Source of the DNA: Octopus vulgaris
Lineage: Eukaryota
DNA: 64,000 nt
Assembly (NCBI GenBank): GCA_951406725.2
Contig: OX597820.1
Location: 49,848,001-49,912,000 of the forward strand
Direction: 5' to 3'
Shown here: positions 26,201 through 38,648 of the stretch, in pieces
How positions within the stretch are numbered: the first letter of the stretch is position 1
Layout of the letters: the number at the start of each line of letters is the position of its first letter
Notes under the pieces: model-generated
Database searches by the model: none
The model's input: the letters and a program-made list of their open reading frames with translations, nothing else
What the model was told of the DNA's origin: nothing
Program-made: the position numbers and the translations under genes

Positions 26201-27214
26201 GTACGGCAACTATTGTTGCAAAGAAGGTGAAAATGATGGCAATGAAAAAAGCGCACGAGCAATTGGCTGATAGGTGGGAGGAGAAACCTCTGCACGGCAA
26301 ATATGTGACCCGCAGCAAACAAGCTGATGTTGACCAGAAGCAAACCCATCAGTGGCTGCGGAGCTCAGGGCTAAAAGCAGAGAGCGAAGGTTTCATCCTG
26401 GCTGCTCAAGACCAAAGCCTATCAACCCGGAACTACCAGGCCAATGTGATGAAAAATGGAGCAGACCCAAAATGCCGATTCTGCAACGACATGATTGAAA
26501 CAGTGGACCACCTAATCTCTGGATGTAAAGTCTTAGCACCAGTGGAGTATAAATTAAGACATGACAGAGTTGGCCAATATCTCCACTGGCTAATAAGTCG
26601 GCATTACAATATCAAAACTGCCGACAAGTGGTATAATCACCACCCTGAGGCTGTAACTGAAGGAGAAAATGTAACCATTCTGTGGGACTTTCCAGTACAT
26701 ACAGACCGAACCATCAAGGCCAATAAACCAGATATTGTTGTGAAAGACCAAAACAATAAAGTTTGCTTATTGATCGACATGAGCATCCCCTGTGATCATA
26801 ATATCTCAGCGAAAGAGTTTGACAAGCTCAGAAAATATAAAGACCTACTCATTGAAATTGAGAAAATGTGGCATCTCAAGGCGGTTACAATACCAGTGAT
26901 CGTAGGAGCACTAGGAATGATCAAGAAGGGAACCGAAAATTATATGAGAATGATCCCTGGCTTACCATCCCTGCAAGAAGTGCAAAAGATTGTCTTAACT
27001 GGTACATCACACGTATTGAGAAGAGCATTGTCGATGTGAGAACTGTTGCTGCTCATGCATTTTAATTTAACTTTAAAAAAAAAAAAAAAAAAATGAACGA
27101 ACTACTGAGTTTGGTTTAATGGCCTACCAATATACACTATGAGTTTCTTTGCCCTAGGAGTCGGGAAGACACTCGGCAAGAAATGGAAGAAAATTTGAAA
27201 GAAGAAAAAAAAAG
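23241..27214 (+). mobile_element. Apparently full-length R4/Dong-clade non-LTR retrotransposon
   Basis: Single long ORF with short UTRs, bounded by TAA repeats on both sides. The 5' boundary is approximate. Confidence 0.9.
23350..27039 (+). CDS. 1229-aa reverse transcriptase / restriction-like endonuclease polyprotein
   Basis: N-terminal Myb-like KRNKWTREEYKEVIYAYY; RT motifs KSPGKD, NYRPITCL, WIDYKKAFDS, GIFQGDSLSP, YMDD, YKYLG; CCHC CRFCNDMIETVDHLISGC; RHD; KPDIV..LIDMSIP..K..KY. The true start may be the Met at 23404. Confidence 0.95.
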   Translation: MFLETKRKTKSVYQIACPMVNLEARPPGKSQPGIEKSSTGTNSSPNTDMDGHLNGKSPNSSPPSSPPQPPQKEKCKRNKWTREEYKEVIYAYYYALGRPSQERHTANSYSIWRTRNQDSRPYLDENKLANVRRDIFRNNRLTDSEISAIKHATENDINIRHKGNEESDEQYSPPRGLIERLPSDQSTQRPEDTRNSIVPVKDSQENEKTTVTEDLAFAEEHRESIAEMRQKILNTLEVVRHTSMNDREPLHKLSNTNQNKKQIQIGNYVTNEIIRELKPDFTELNEIIYASARAIETSCMPPKKQRKQNLGRNQTWRSKIEKEIEFMRGEISILNELICGNDVRSRTGRKMKRKFGSSPREELISIKETLKQKVQAKAQRIRRFEKRNKFYKQNKLFTSNAKKFYREIGKEKVTVKDPPPMEEVQNFWKRIWSDKKTYNINADWIIQTEGSYQNLQQQAWEDITIADLRKALTKAHNWKSPGKDRVPNFWLASLPCAHGKLVQLLNGIMRDPKKTPEWLASGITYLLPKNNETNLPKNYRPITCLSTTYKILTSILAEKTYAFMEKNDIFPIEQKGCRRGSYGCKDQLLINRMILENCHNKRRNLSTAWIDYKKAFDSIPHPWILRSLDIFKISPVISNFLKHNMSLWNTNLQLYHSNGVLASENININCGIFQGDSLSPLIFCIALIPLTSELNRTGYGYKIANKKISHLFYMDDLKLYGKDNNELEGLLRTVKSFSDDIGMEFGLEKCAKATFQKGKVKTTNSVVLDVDTVIRELEQEQTYKYLGINEGSGIQHASMKEKIRKECYRRVRAVLKSELNARNKVLAINSLAVPVVTYSYNVLNWNMSEVKNIDRKIRKLLSCNRMHHPKADVDRLYLPRAQGGRGLIQFELAYKTTTIGLAKYLEISNDWMLKLVENHERRKKLHSIIKESKKFAIDLVQDTQTEQPEGSTATIVAKKVKMMAMKKAHEQLADRWEEKPLHGKYVTRSKQADVDQKQTHQWLRSSGLKAESEGFILAAQDQSLSTRNYQANVMKNGADPKCRFCNDMIETVDHLISGCKVLAPVEYKLRHDRVGQYLHWLISRHYNIKTADKWYNHHPEAVTEGENVTILWDFPVHTDRTIKANKPDIVVKDQNNKVCLLIDMSIPCDHNISAKEFDKLRKYKDLLIEIEKMWHLKAVTIPVIVGALGMIKKGTENYMRMIPGLPSLQEVQKIVLTGTSHVLRRALSM

Positions 27215-27240
27215 TAATAATAATAATAATAATAGTAATA

Positions 27241-27286
<46 letters not shown>

Positions 27287-27466
27287 ATGGAACAAATATG
27301 GGCTGCAATAAGGTTGGAGCACTTTCAGAAAACAGCAGTATTTGTAACCGATCAAATAACCGGATGGTGCCCGAAAGATAAGGTGTCTTACCTTAGTTCA
27401 CTGGTAGTGAACAGCTGGCTCCGTAGTACATCTTTAGCGTTAGAAGCTGTGCAAAGAAACAAACAT

Positions 27467-27608
<142 letters not shown>

Positions 27609-27609
27609 C

Positions 27610-27812
27610 CCTTCTGCTATAGGTATAAGGCCTGAAATTTATGGTGAGAGGATAAGTAGATTTCATCGGCCACAGTACTTCACTGGTACTTAATCTACCA
27701 CGAAAGACAAAAGTCAAAGTCGACCTTGGTGGAGATTAGACTCAGAAGGTAAAAGCGGGCGAAATGCCGTTAAGCATTTATCCCGGTGTACTAACGATTC
27801 GACCAGCTCACG
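27610..27812 (-). mobile_element. Diverged SINE family C
   Basis: aaagtcgaccttggtggagattagactcagaa ... gccgttaagcatt. Confidence 0.7.
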
Positions 27813-27840
27813 GTTTTAATAATAATAATGATGATAATAA

Positions 27841-27926
<86 letters not shown>

Positions 27927-27933
27927 TAATAAC

Positions 27934-27998
<65 letters not shown>

Positions 27999-27999
<1 letters not shown>

Positions 28000-28541
28000 C
28001 TCTGGAACTTCACCATTCAAACTGACAGAGAGATAGATGCAAATAGGCCAGACATCATATTGAAAGACTTCAGACAAAGAACATGCCTCCTCATTGATAT
28101 GACTGTCCCAATCGATATAAACGTATCTGTCAAGACCTACCAAAAACTGAGCAAATATAAAGATCTTGAAATAGAAATCAGCAAAATGTGGAACCTGAAG
28201 ACCAAAACAATACCTGTTGTCATAGGTGCCCTGGGAATGATAGCGAAAGGGGTTGATTGCTACCTAACTCAGATACCAGGAAACCCTAAAATGGCAGAAA
28301 TTCAAAAGATAGTGCTCATGGGAACTGCTCATATCCTACGCAAAATACTCTCTATGTAATCCCAAGATTTAAAGCAAACTTTTTATTTATTTATTAGACA
28401 TTCACTAGTAAAACACCAAAAAAATATATATATATTGGCACACTAGGCATAACAACAACGTGAACTTCCAACCTGTTGTCTCTTGAGGTCTCTGGGTGAG
28501 ACTTGGAGCCAAGTTGTACAGACATAAAGCAAAAGTCAAAC

Positions 28542-28542
<1 letters not shown>
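27999..28542 (+). pseudogene. Short 3' fragment of an R4/Dong LINE embedded in (TAA)n
   Basis: RPDIILKDFRQRTCLLIDMTVP..KLSKYKDLEIEI..IPVVIGALG..ILRKILSM*. The 3' UTR is shared with the 21351 copy. Long TAA tracts on both sides. Confidence 0.92.
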
Positions 28543-28605
<63 letters not shown>

Positions 28606-28752
28606 TGGAATAAGAGGAAGACGAAGAAGAAGGAGGAGGAGAAGGAGGAGGAGAAGAAGAAGAAGAAGAAGAAGAAGAAGAAGAAGAAGAAGAAGAAGAA
28701 GAAGAAGAAGAAGAAGAAGAAGAAGAAGAAGAAGAAGAAGAAGAAAAAGAAG
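28543..28752. repeat. (TAA)n followed by (GAA)n
   Basis: Direct reading of the sequence. Confidence 0.95.
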
Positions 28753-29152
28753 AAATTTTGTTTGTCGTTATTGTTATCTTCTTAATTACAATCATTAAGC
28801 ACTATGACATTATTTTAATAAAAAATGTATAGATGAAACTTTTTTTTTTAAAGAAGTATTATTAATATGATTAAAACACGAACAAGTACAAGGTGATGTA
28901 GGGGAAAAAGAAGGCAAGAAGGACAATAATAGCAACAACAATGAGAACTAAATCTCTAATAGAGAAAAAATAATAATTAAAAGCGAAAAAATAACAGGCT
29001 AACAAAGATGAAAATTTGTCGAAATCCATTGTACAAAAGTTGTAAATGAAAAATTAATGAACATTAATAACAACTTTTAATGAATATTTAACAAATATAT
29101 CAGACTAAAAAAATCTAATTTCTTGTAGTAAAAAGTAAACTGCTTCAAATTG

Positions 29153-29212
<60 letters not shown>

Positions 29213-29318
29213 TTATTTTATAGTATATATACAATTCTATAACACATAATTGTTTACTATGTATATATATATATATATATATATGTACAAGAAAAAAGCA
29301 ACAAGAATGGATTAGTTG

Positions 29319-29407
29319 TTCAGTACAATTGTTTCATACGAAGAACAGATTTATTAAAAGCTGCAAATATTGCAGCAAATACAAGTGTCCCGTATTCATC
29401 AGCCAAA
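29319..29407 (-). ncRNA. Type I hammerhead ribozyme motif, canonical core
   Basis: Minus strand: UUUGG CUGAUGA AUACG [50 nt incl. GCUGCAAUAUUUGCAGC hairpin and AAUAAA] CGUAU GAAA C AAUU GUA^CUGAA. Palindromic stem III ACAAUUGU. Next to (TA)n. Confidence 0.8.
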
Positions 29408-31447
29408 ACACATATGAGTTTTCCAAACATCCTAGGGGGTGAGGCTACACTCATGAAGTATCGAAGAGAGTTCTACGAAAAGCAAAGTTAGATTGTAAGC
29501 AGACTTAAAATGTTCTCTAATGATGCACAGTTTTATAAAAGGTTTTTAAAAAAGTTTGTTAGCTTCACAGAAAAGGTAAATCCATCCATAATAATGCAGG
29601 TGTAATTTCCGGAGATATGAGGAGAGATTTTATTCTCAGAGAAGATGAATGTATCCATAATTATGTAGATGTAATTTCCTGATATATGAGGAGAAGATGT
29701 TGATCACACTTCTATTCGTTTCACAAAACTACTATGTTGGAAGAAGAGATTGGCTATATTGGCTAAAAGAAGTCGCAAAAGAAGTCAGTGAAGCAGAAAC
29801 CGCCCAAATAAGGACATTATGGGGGGAAGGGGGTGTAAGTACACAACCAATAGCTGTATGATGGTCAAAAATAATGTTCTCTTATAAATTATAAATCTTA
29901 GATTCCTGCAACACTGACCTAGATTTTCTGTCACCACAGAAATAAACTAAACTCGGCTCACTCAGACATATGTTTCATTGCAAAATGTATATAATACATG
30001 GCCTTCATATCTTATGAAACTGCAGAATGAGAATGGATATTTTTCGCAAAATATAAAATGAAATATAAGCACAATGCACATAAAAGTGTTTTTATTAAAT
30101 GTTTTTAACGACACTCAATAATATTTCAAATTAGTATTATTACAGACAATGATTAAATATCTTGTTTTACAACTCTAGTGCAAAACATTGTAGAATTGTT
30201 CTTTTTGTTAAACACGTGTTTCGGCAGACGCAAACACAGAGACGAGAGACACGCTAATACCCACAAGCATAGTATTTATGTATGCATGAATCACAATAGA
30301 CGTACATACGTAATTACATAAATACAAATATACTCTTAAAATATAAAGATATAAATCTTGTAAATACAGCAACCCAGGGTTTCCTGGTCGAATTAATTAT
30401 TTATTCTGCTATTTATGAAGCTGAAAACAACACTGTTTGTCAGTTGCCTTTTGAGTTGATAACGTTTCAACAAGAGACTCTCGTAAAGAAGACAAAAGAA
30501 AAAAAAAATCACAAAAAAAGGGAGATAACTAGTGCTACGATAATTCCATGTCAAGCAAACAAAGTCCCCGGTGGTCTACTTTTAAATTCCGATAAGTTGT
30601 ATTTTTTGAAATGCGGATATTGCAATAGAAATATCGTTGCTCGAATTTATGTATTCGATGGAGGTTCTTAAGTTTTCCAATGGATACAGTTTTTTAAGGG
30701 AACGCTAAACATTTTTTTAGACCCGTTGATATAGGGTCTGGATTTAGAGAGAGATTGCTTTAAGATCTTACGTGTTCGCTACATCAATAGAGGTTTAAAC
30801 GCTTGTGATACTGTCGAACCACCAGTAGAGCGATGGAGAGTGTCTGTTTGTATAATAAAGCCACTACAACCACCAATGGGCCCAAAGCACTCCACTCAGT
30901 ACATGCGTTTTCTTTGAGACTGCATCGTTGGCTACACCTATCAAACATCTGCCTCATGAAAACTCACACAGTCATTCTCCTAATTTCCCAGCAACCGTCA
31001 TTAGGTGAAAGTTCGAGATGAAAGGCAGAACATGAAGCACTGCTATCCATATTCATAAATTCCTATAATCCTATTGCAATCCCAATTCAAAACAGTTTTT
31101 TTTTCTATTAGAACGGAAGAATTCTGCTTCTTATAGGAAGTAGTTTAGAATTTTGCTTGTTTTATGTCTTTTTATGACTTTCTAGAACTTTTATTTAAAA
31201 CAATCGTAATTCAAGACGACGAGGAGTCTTTTCCAAGCCTACAAATGTTGTCTGTCAAGGTGCAGAGGCATTTTTATGTTGTTCTGCTAGCAATAAGTGT
31301 CAAATTATTTTAAGTCACTCACTTTTGTCTTTAAAATGATTGACGCATTCATTAATATTGTCTCATTAAATTGTTCTTTTAGAAGAACGAATTAGAAACT
31401 TTGGGTCGTTTCCATCCTTACTCAGCTCTGACCTCGTACTGTATATC

Positions 31448-31640
31448 GGTTTCAAATTTTGCCACAAGTTCAGAAATTTCATCAATCCCAAGTGTTCAAA
31501 TGGTACTTATTTTATCGACCTCCGAATGACTGAATGGTAAAATAGACCTCGGCGGAATTTAAACTCAGAACGTACAGACCAACAAAAAACTGGTAAGCAT
31601 TTTGCCCGGCGTGCTAAGGATTTTGCCAGCTCTCCGCTTT
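31448..31640 (-). mobile_element. SINE family C
   Basis: gacctcggcggaatttaaactcagaacgt...gcccggcgtgctaa. Flanked by an apparent target duplication ctcgtactgtat. Confidence 0.8.
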
Positions 31641-32304
31641 AAAACTCGTACTGTATGTCAACAACACAAATAACTAGCTATGGCACGAAATCTAAATACC
31701 AAGTTTATTAAAATATATTCATATAGTAGAAACTTGTATATGTACTTGCTATAAAATATAGTTGGAAGGATCATATTATTCAGCTGGGAAAACTTTTAGA
31801 GCACGGCATGCTCTAAAACTCTAAATAATTCATCTTCATATTAGATGTTTGACAATATTGTGAAAGCGGTGAATTGGTAGATTCGAGTGTGTCGGATAGG
31901 ATGCATTGCGTTAATTATATCGACACTTTAAATTCCATCTTTCTTCATTTCCGTGTTGATGAATAATGCATCATACCCGGACGAAGATTTGGCAGAATTG
32001 TAAGAGCATTTAACGGGATGCCTCGCGTTATCTATTTCGCTTCTGTGTATTTTGAGTGTAAGTGTTGCATTCTATCAGCAGAAAAAGAGAAGAAGCCATC
32101 TCTGACTTTTTCTCATGGTTTGCAACTGACAAATAATACCAGCAATTGAAAAATTAGTAAATTAGTGGCAAACATTAATTGGATTTGGTTCGATTAGCAG
32201 ATCGACTACTTTCACGACTATGTCTATATATATATATATATATATATAAATATCTAGGCTACCAACATATATATATACTATATTGCAGTCTCTATGGAGA
32301 GGGG

Positions 32305-33207
32305 ATCAGCATGTGATCAGATCTATAAGTATCCGTACTGTTGCCATAGTAACGAAGATAAAATACACAGTGTAACGCCACTTGGAACAGATTGACCTTG
32401 ACCTCTGCTGTGCAGGCGCACTAAGTTTTAACCTTCTAGCACAATTCCGCTGTTTACAGTAGTGCTTGAAAGGAAGATATGTTGCGTGTGATCGTCGCAC
32501 TGACCATGATAAAGAAAGTTGAGCAGAGACATCTGCATAAAATTTTGCCAGAACCTTGGAGATACCCGCTCAAAAAGTTTTCATCACTCAAAAAGTTTTC
32601 ATTGTTCTCGACACAATCAAGGAGATTTTGTGTAACTGAAATCCGAGTGTCTCTTTAATCACCTGAAAGCACTATGGCACAAACTTGGTAGGCACGCGTC
32701 TCAAAACCAAATCTTCAGTGATAATGGACTGAACTGAACCGTAACTAACCTGCACAAGCTCTGATAACTCACGGATTGTGATCCGACGGTTTCCGCCTCA
32801 CACCTGTACACACATCTGCGATGTTTTTCTCAGTTCTGCTGGTCGCGGGTCTCCCAGACGATTTGTCTATATCAACATTGTTTCGGCCATCATGAAAACG
32901 TTTGAACCACTCGTATACTTGTGTGTAGATCATACACTCCTCTCCATACACTATCTGCAACTCTGCGCAGGCCTCTGAGCAGTTATAGCCACGACAACTT
33001 TCTTTGTCATGGTCAAATCGACTATCACACGCTACACCGCTCTTTCCAAGCTCTGCTGTAAACATCGGAAGTGAAGTAGAACGTTAAAACTTAGTAAACA
33101 TGCACAACAGCGTTCTCGGTCAATCTTTGCCAAGCAGCTTCACTCAGCGTGCTTTAGCTTCGTTACTATGGCAACAGTCCGGATACTTATTGGTCAGACG
33201 TCATACA
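32305..33207. mobile_element. Non-autonomous mariner derivative with two inward-facing 5' ends
   Basis: Inverted termini ataagtatccgtactgttgccatagtaacgaag / cttcgttactatggcaacagtccggatacttat. Transposase N-termini on both strands (KKVEQR..IKFCQ on +; VYGEECM..TQVYEWFKRF..SGRP on -). Confidence 0.8.
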
Positions 33208-34789
33208 CTGGCTTTTCTGCCAAGGTCAACCCACTATACAGCTACTTCTATACAGAAAACATGTGACTATATAGTAATATTCTGCATAATATAAAGCTGC
33301 ATGTATACAGTTAAAATGTACATGCTGCAATTATCTGACAAAATTTACATACTATGAAATTGTCGCTATACAGATTGTATATGGAACACAAGTTCCTATC
33401 TAGTCAACATCTCCTCTCAAATAATCGATTGGCATCTATAAATTGTGCCTAAAGATAAAATTCATACAGAAAATGTTGTAACCAGAATGTTTTATCTAGA
33501 TTATTTGATTCCAGCAATTCAACAGACAACTGACTTTTACCTGTCTACAGTCTCTGGCCTTACATTCAAACTAGAAATGATTTATATTGATAATTGCTTA
33601 TCTCAGACTATTCTTTTGTCTTCTATTGTATCGTGCTCACCCCGACTCTTTTTATATTTAACCGCGACATCCCATATATATCATTTGTACACAACATTAA
33701 TATCTATTAAATCATGGCATTACTGACATGAAACAAGACATCTAAATGTACAAATAATATATCTGGACAAATATCTTGCTACTTTCTCAATACTGTTCTA
33801 TAGTTATCATTTCAACGAGATATTTTTTTTTATTGAATTTGATTTCGAAGATGTTAATCATCATCTGTCATAAAGAGACTGCTTTTCTTCAATACAATAA
33901 GAATTAAAGAACAATAGGATTTTCATACATTAAAAGAGCTGTATTCTATTTTGACAATAAATATTTATGTTAAAGTCCTTGACGTTCACAAAAGTGCTAT
34001 TGTGCAGTAATTACATTGTACGCTAGACGTCTGCAAATTTCTTCCTAACACAAATTCTATCATCATTTGCAATCATTTATCATTCTTTATAACATTATTG
34101 CCAAGAGTGACAACGTAATAAAGAGAACTATGTAGAAAATCTCACTTAATTTTCTCCGAAATTTAGGACTTTAAATCTGCGTGTAAAAATTACCGCTGTT
34201 CCAGAAAATAGTTTTCTTAAATGCACCTATATTTTACCACAATCTGTCACCATTTATTAGAATATCAGTAACGTGTTTAACGAATTTATATTTGACAAAT
34301 TGTTTTATTTTATCATATAATCGGGTGGACGGCAGAGATCTTTACCTTAAACAGTGCCTACGATGTATGAAGGGAAGATTAAACAATTAAATGGATGGAT
34401 TAAAATAGGAATTTGATTAAATTCAAGATCTTGTAAAGTGAGAGGAAGGTATCCTCAAATGAATACCGGGCCCAATTGCTTGTAACAAACAGGATTCTGT
34501 TAAAGACCCCTACCCCCACCAATTAACAAGCGTTACTGCTAAACTGGGAAACGGATTAAGTGTATCACACAACTAGGCTTTAGATGGCTGTAATCACGGA
34601 ACACAAATATTCCAAGGCAAATATTCCTAGACATCTAATAAGATTCTGTTACAGTTCAGTAGTCTGCCGCCCTGGATGAGTAATGTTTTAATGGAACTCC
34701 CAAAATAATGTTTAGAACTATCACTAGCTAAATCTTAACTTAGAGAGAGAGAGAGGTAGATAAATAGATACTATATATATATATATATA

Positions 34790-35369
<580 letters not shown>

Positions 35370-35412
35370 CATATATATATATAACGGTCTTTTTCATAGC
35401 ATTTTTTCCGAT

Positions 35413-35484
35413 GGCCAGATAACTGAAGAGATGGCGGCGTGGATTTCCACCTCGGCATCCGAAACTCGGAGTTTTCTCATGGCT
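35413..35484 (+). ncRNA. Type I hammerhead-like motif
   Basis: GGCCAGAUAA CUGAAGA GAUG..CAUC c GAAA CU cgg AG UU^UUCUCaUGGCU. A homologue at 43620 (-) shows a compensatory stem II change. Confidence 0.65.
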
Positions 35485-35649
35485 ACCGAATAATTGTCAT
35501 ATATTACATTTACAGATAAATTCTGCTATTTACAATACCGAGGTCTCAATGCTTGGCTACTGCCATTTCGTGTTGCTACATAATTTTACTTCACTAATTC
35601 CTTTTAGAAATTCACATATGGTGTATGATGGAGTTTCATGCCGCCGCTC

Positions 35650-36678
35650 TAATCTGCACTTCCTGCTATGAAGTTAGTTCATCTGGGACACTTGAGAGTA
35701 AGAGGTCTAATTTCGTTTTGAAGGCAGCTACATCCACCCCATGTAGATCTTTCAGGTCCTTCTGGAGGATATTGAAGAGCTGTGGGCCTTTAAAGCCAAT
35801 GCTGTTGCAATAACTTGTCCTATATCTTGATGGCGAAGTTGGAGTCTTTGGTACTATGCAGTGACGCCCTCTTCTAGTATCTGTGTAACTCCCTGTGCCA
35901 AAGCTTGGGATAAGTCCCTCTAGGATTTTACAGATGTATATTATGGCATATCTTTCCCGCCTACGCTCTAGAGGATAGAGTTTCAATCTCTTGAGTATTT
36001 CCCAGGAGCTTATATGCTGCATAGAGGCTATCTTCTTCGTGTAGCTTCGTTGGATTGCCTCAAGTTCTGCAATTGATTTTACACTGGTTGGTGACCATAG
36101 CTGGGAGAAATAGTCAAAGCGGCTTGGGGCAAGTGTCCACCAGAGGACCATTGCGGTTTCCTGATCTCTCGTTCTAAAATTTCCAAGCATCCATCCAGAC
36201 AGCCGCCTGCATTTCATTGCCAACTTAGCAACATGCACATGGAAGGATGCATCATTACTCACGTAAATGCCAGGTCGCGCACTGACTGTGTCTCTGGGAT
36301 TGCAATCCCGCCAGGTCCAGTGTATTTAATTGGTATTGCATTTAGTTTTGCATGCTGATAGCACAAAGCATGAAACTTTTCAGCATTAAACTGCATGCTA
36401 TTCTTCTCAGCTCACTTGTATATTTCACCCAAGTCACATTGCAGGTGCATAGCGTTCTCAGGGTTCTATATCACCTGTGAGGCTTTTGTATCATCTGCAT
36501 AATTTGTGTTCGTGGCTCTCTGTGTGGCTGAGGGCATATCTGAGAGGGCCATTATAAACAGTAGTGCCTTGCAGAACACCGCTTACGATTTGCGTGTCAT
36601 TGGAGATGGCCCCATTAGGTACTACTACTTGACTTCTGTCCTTCAGAAAGTCATGCAGCCATTCTCTTAATTTCCCGA
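35650..36678 (-). pseudogene. CR1/L2-group LINE 3' RT fragment
   Basis: WLHDFLKDRSQVV..VSGVLQGT, QLWSP..ELEAIQRSYTK..LERRRERYAIIY..KILEG, FKTKLDLLL. Confidence 0.88.
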
Positions 36679-37312
36679 TATATATATATATATATAACAT
36701 ATGTTCGGCCTGAGTAATTTTTACTTGTGGAATTTTTGCATCTGTTAGTTAGGAAACATATGTTGTATGGATTTTACCTGCTCCATTCCCTCAATTTGGA
36801 TTTTTTTCGCATACCTAGCAACTCTAGTTGCTAATCGAGAACTAAAAGGAATCTTTTTCAGCTTATCGAAATTCGATATGGGAAATTATTACAACCATCT
36901 ACGTCAATAAATGTTTCCTGAAAGTTTTTTTTTTAATACTTACCACGGTCTGCCCGAAGCTTACTAAATACACCTAGATCCTTAGATCTTAGAATTACAC
37001 ATCATTAAACACACGCGCACACACATACACACACACACATACGTATATATAACCGCATACACATACAGAATGAGAGAAAGAGAAAAACAGACAGGCAGAC
37101 AGATAGACAGACAGAGAGACACAGGCGTAGTTGTGTGGTCAGAACCTTGTTTCCCGATCACATGGTTCCGGGATTAGTCTCACTGCGCGGCACTTGGACA
37201 AGTATTTTCTACCATAGCTACGAGGCACCCAATGTCTTGTGAGTGGATTTGGTAGACTGAAACCGAAAGAAGTCGTATATATGTGCGTGTGTGTTCATAC
37301 ATACCTACATAC

Positions 37313-37352
<40 letters not shown>

Positions 37353-37390
37353 ATATTTTCTTTTAATTTCTCTCCTTGTTTCTTTGTTCC

Positions 37391-37425
37391 TTTCTGTGAA
37401 AGAGCGTAGGCTCGAAACGTTAAAA
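37391..37425 (+). ncRNA. Degenerate minimal hammerhead-like motif in a Penelope-type short repeat (about 37350-37520)
   Basis: ttt ctgtgaaa GAGC gtag GCTC GAAAC GTT aaa. Same family as 2711. Confidence 0.45.
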
Positions 37426-37534
37426 AACCTTTACACTTCCCGAGCGTCAAACTAATAAATCTGTTTGTTGTCTGCACCATCTATCTTTGTCTTTTGTTCT
37501 TTTTGTGAATGCTCCCTATAAATAAATATAAATG

Positions 37535-37599
<65 letters not shown>

Positions 37600-37727
37600 A
37601 AATACTCTCAAGTTCGTCAATTGGGACTTGGGTTCGTAAGCAAAAACAAGTCTGATCTGAATAGAATTTAATATTACTGAGTAAACACTGAATTGTGACT
37701 CAATATATATTGCATTATTATATACAA

Positions 37728-38130
37728 GGCGGCAAGCTGGCAGAAACGCTAGCACGCCGTGCGAAATGCTTAGCGGTTTTCCGTCTGTCTTTACGTTCTG
37801 AGTTCAAATCCCCCGAGGTCGACATTGCCCTTTATCATTCCGGGGTCGATAAATTAAGTACCAGTTACGCACTGGAGTCGATGTAATCGACTTAATCCGT
37901 TTGTCTATCCTTGTTTCTCCTCTCTGTGCTTAGCCCCTTGTGGGTAGTAAAGAAATAGGTATATCGTCTGTCGTTACATTCTGAGTTCGAATTCCGCCGA
38001 AGTCTACATTGCCCTTCATCGTTTCGGGGTCGATAAATTAAGTACCAGTTGCGTATTGAGGTCGATCTGATCGACTGCTCCGCCCCAAGAAAATTTGAGC
38101 CTTGTGCTTAGAGTAGAAAAGATTATTATA
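37728..38130 (+). mobile_element. SINE family C, dimeric
   Basis: ggcggcaagctggcagaaacg head followed by two body units. Confidence 0.85.
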
Positions 38131-38648
38131 TACCATGGAAATGTAATATTGTGAAAATACTAACTTGATATTTCTTTTCAAGTATTACATAATTTAACAA
38201 ATGATTCTCTAATCTTGTAATTATTGAGATGAGTTGCATCTGTTTTATTTTTGTCAAGCTGCAATGAAATGGAAATAGAAATAATATTGAAATTACGAAA
38301 ATAACTCGAATCGATTTCCCGGTAGCTGAGAAGAGTAGACAGGGAACTCGTTAGAGAAATTGGTTAGGATTGATATTCCAAAGTGAAATATATTATTCTC
38401 ATGAAAGATGATTGGTTTGAAAGAAAAAGAGAAAAAAGAAAAAAAGTTTTTGTCTTGTTTTTTTTTTAGCAAAGAGGCTCGGCTATGCTCTTATGAGGGT
38501 ATCTTTTATGCCATTGAAGAAAAAGGAATACGTAGTTATTTGTTTGCAAATAAAGAGTGTTTGGCGTCAGAGCAAATCTCGTGTAAATACATTTACGTAC
38601 GCACACATCACACGCACACATGCATACAGACACATACGGCATATATAA

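Noticed and set aside
36697-36775. GAAACATATGTT palindromic stem III-like motif
   Set aside because: I could not build a matching CUGANGA core with stems I and II.
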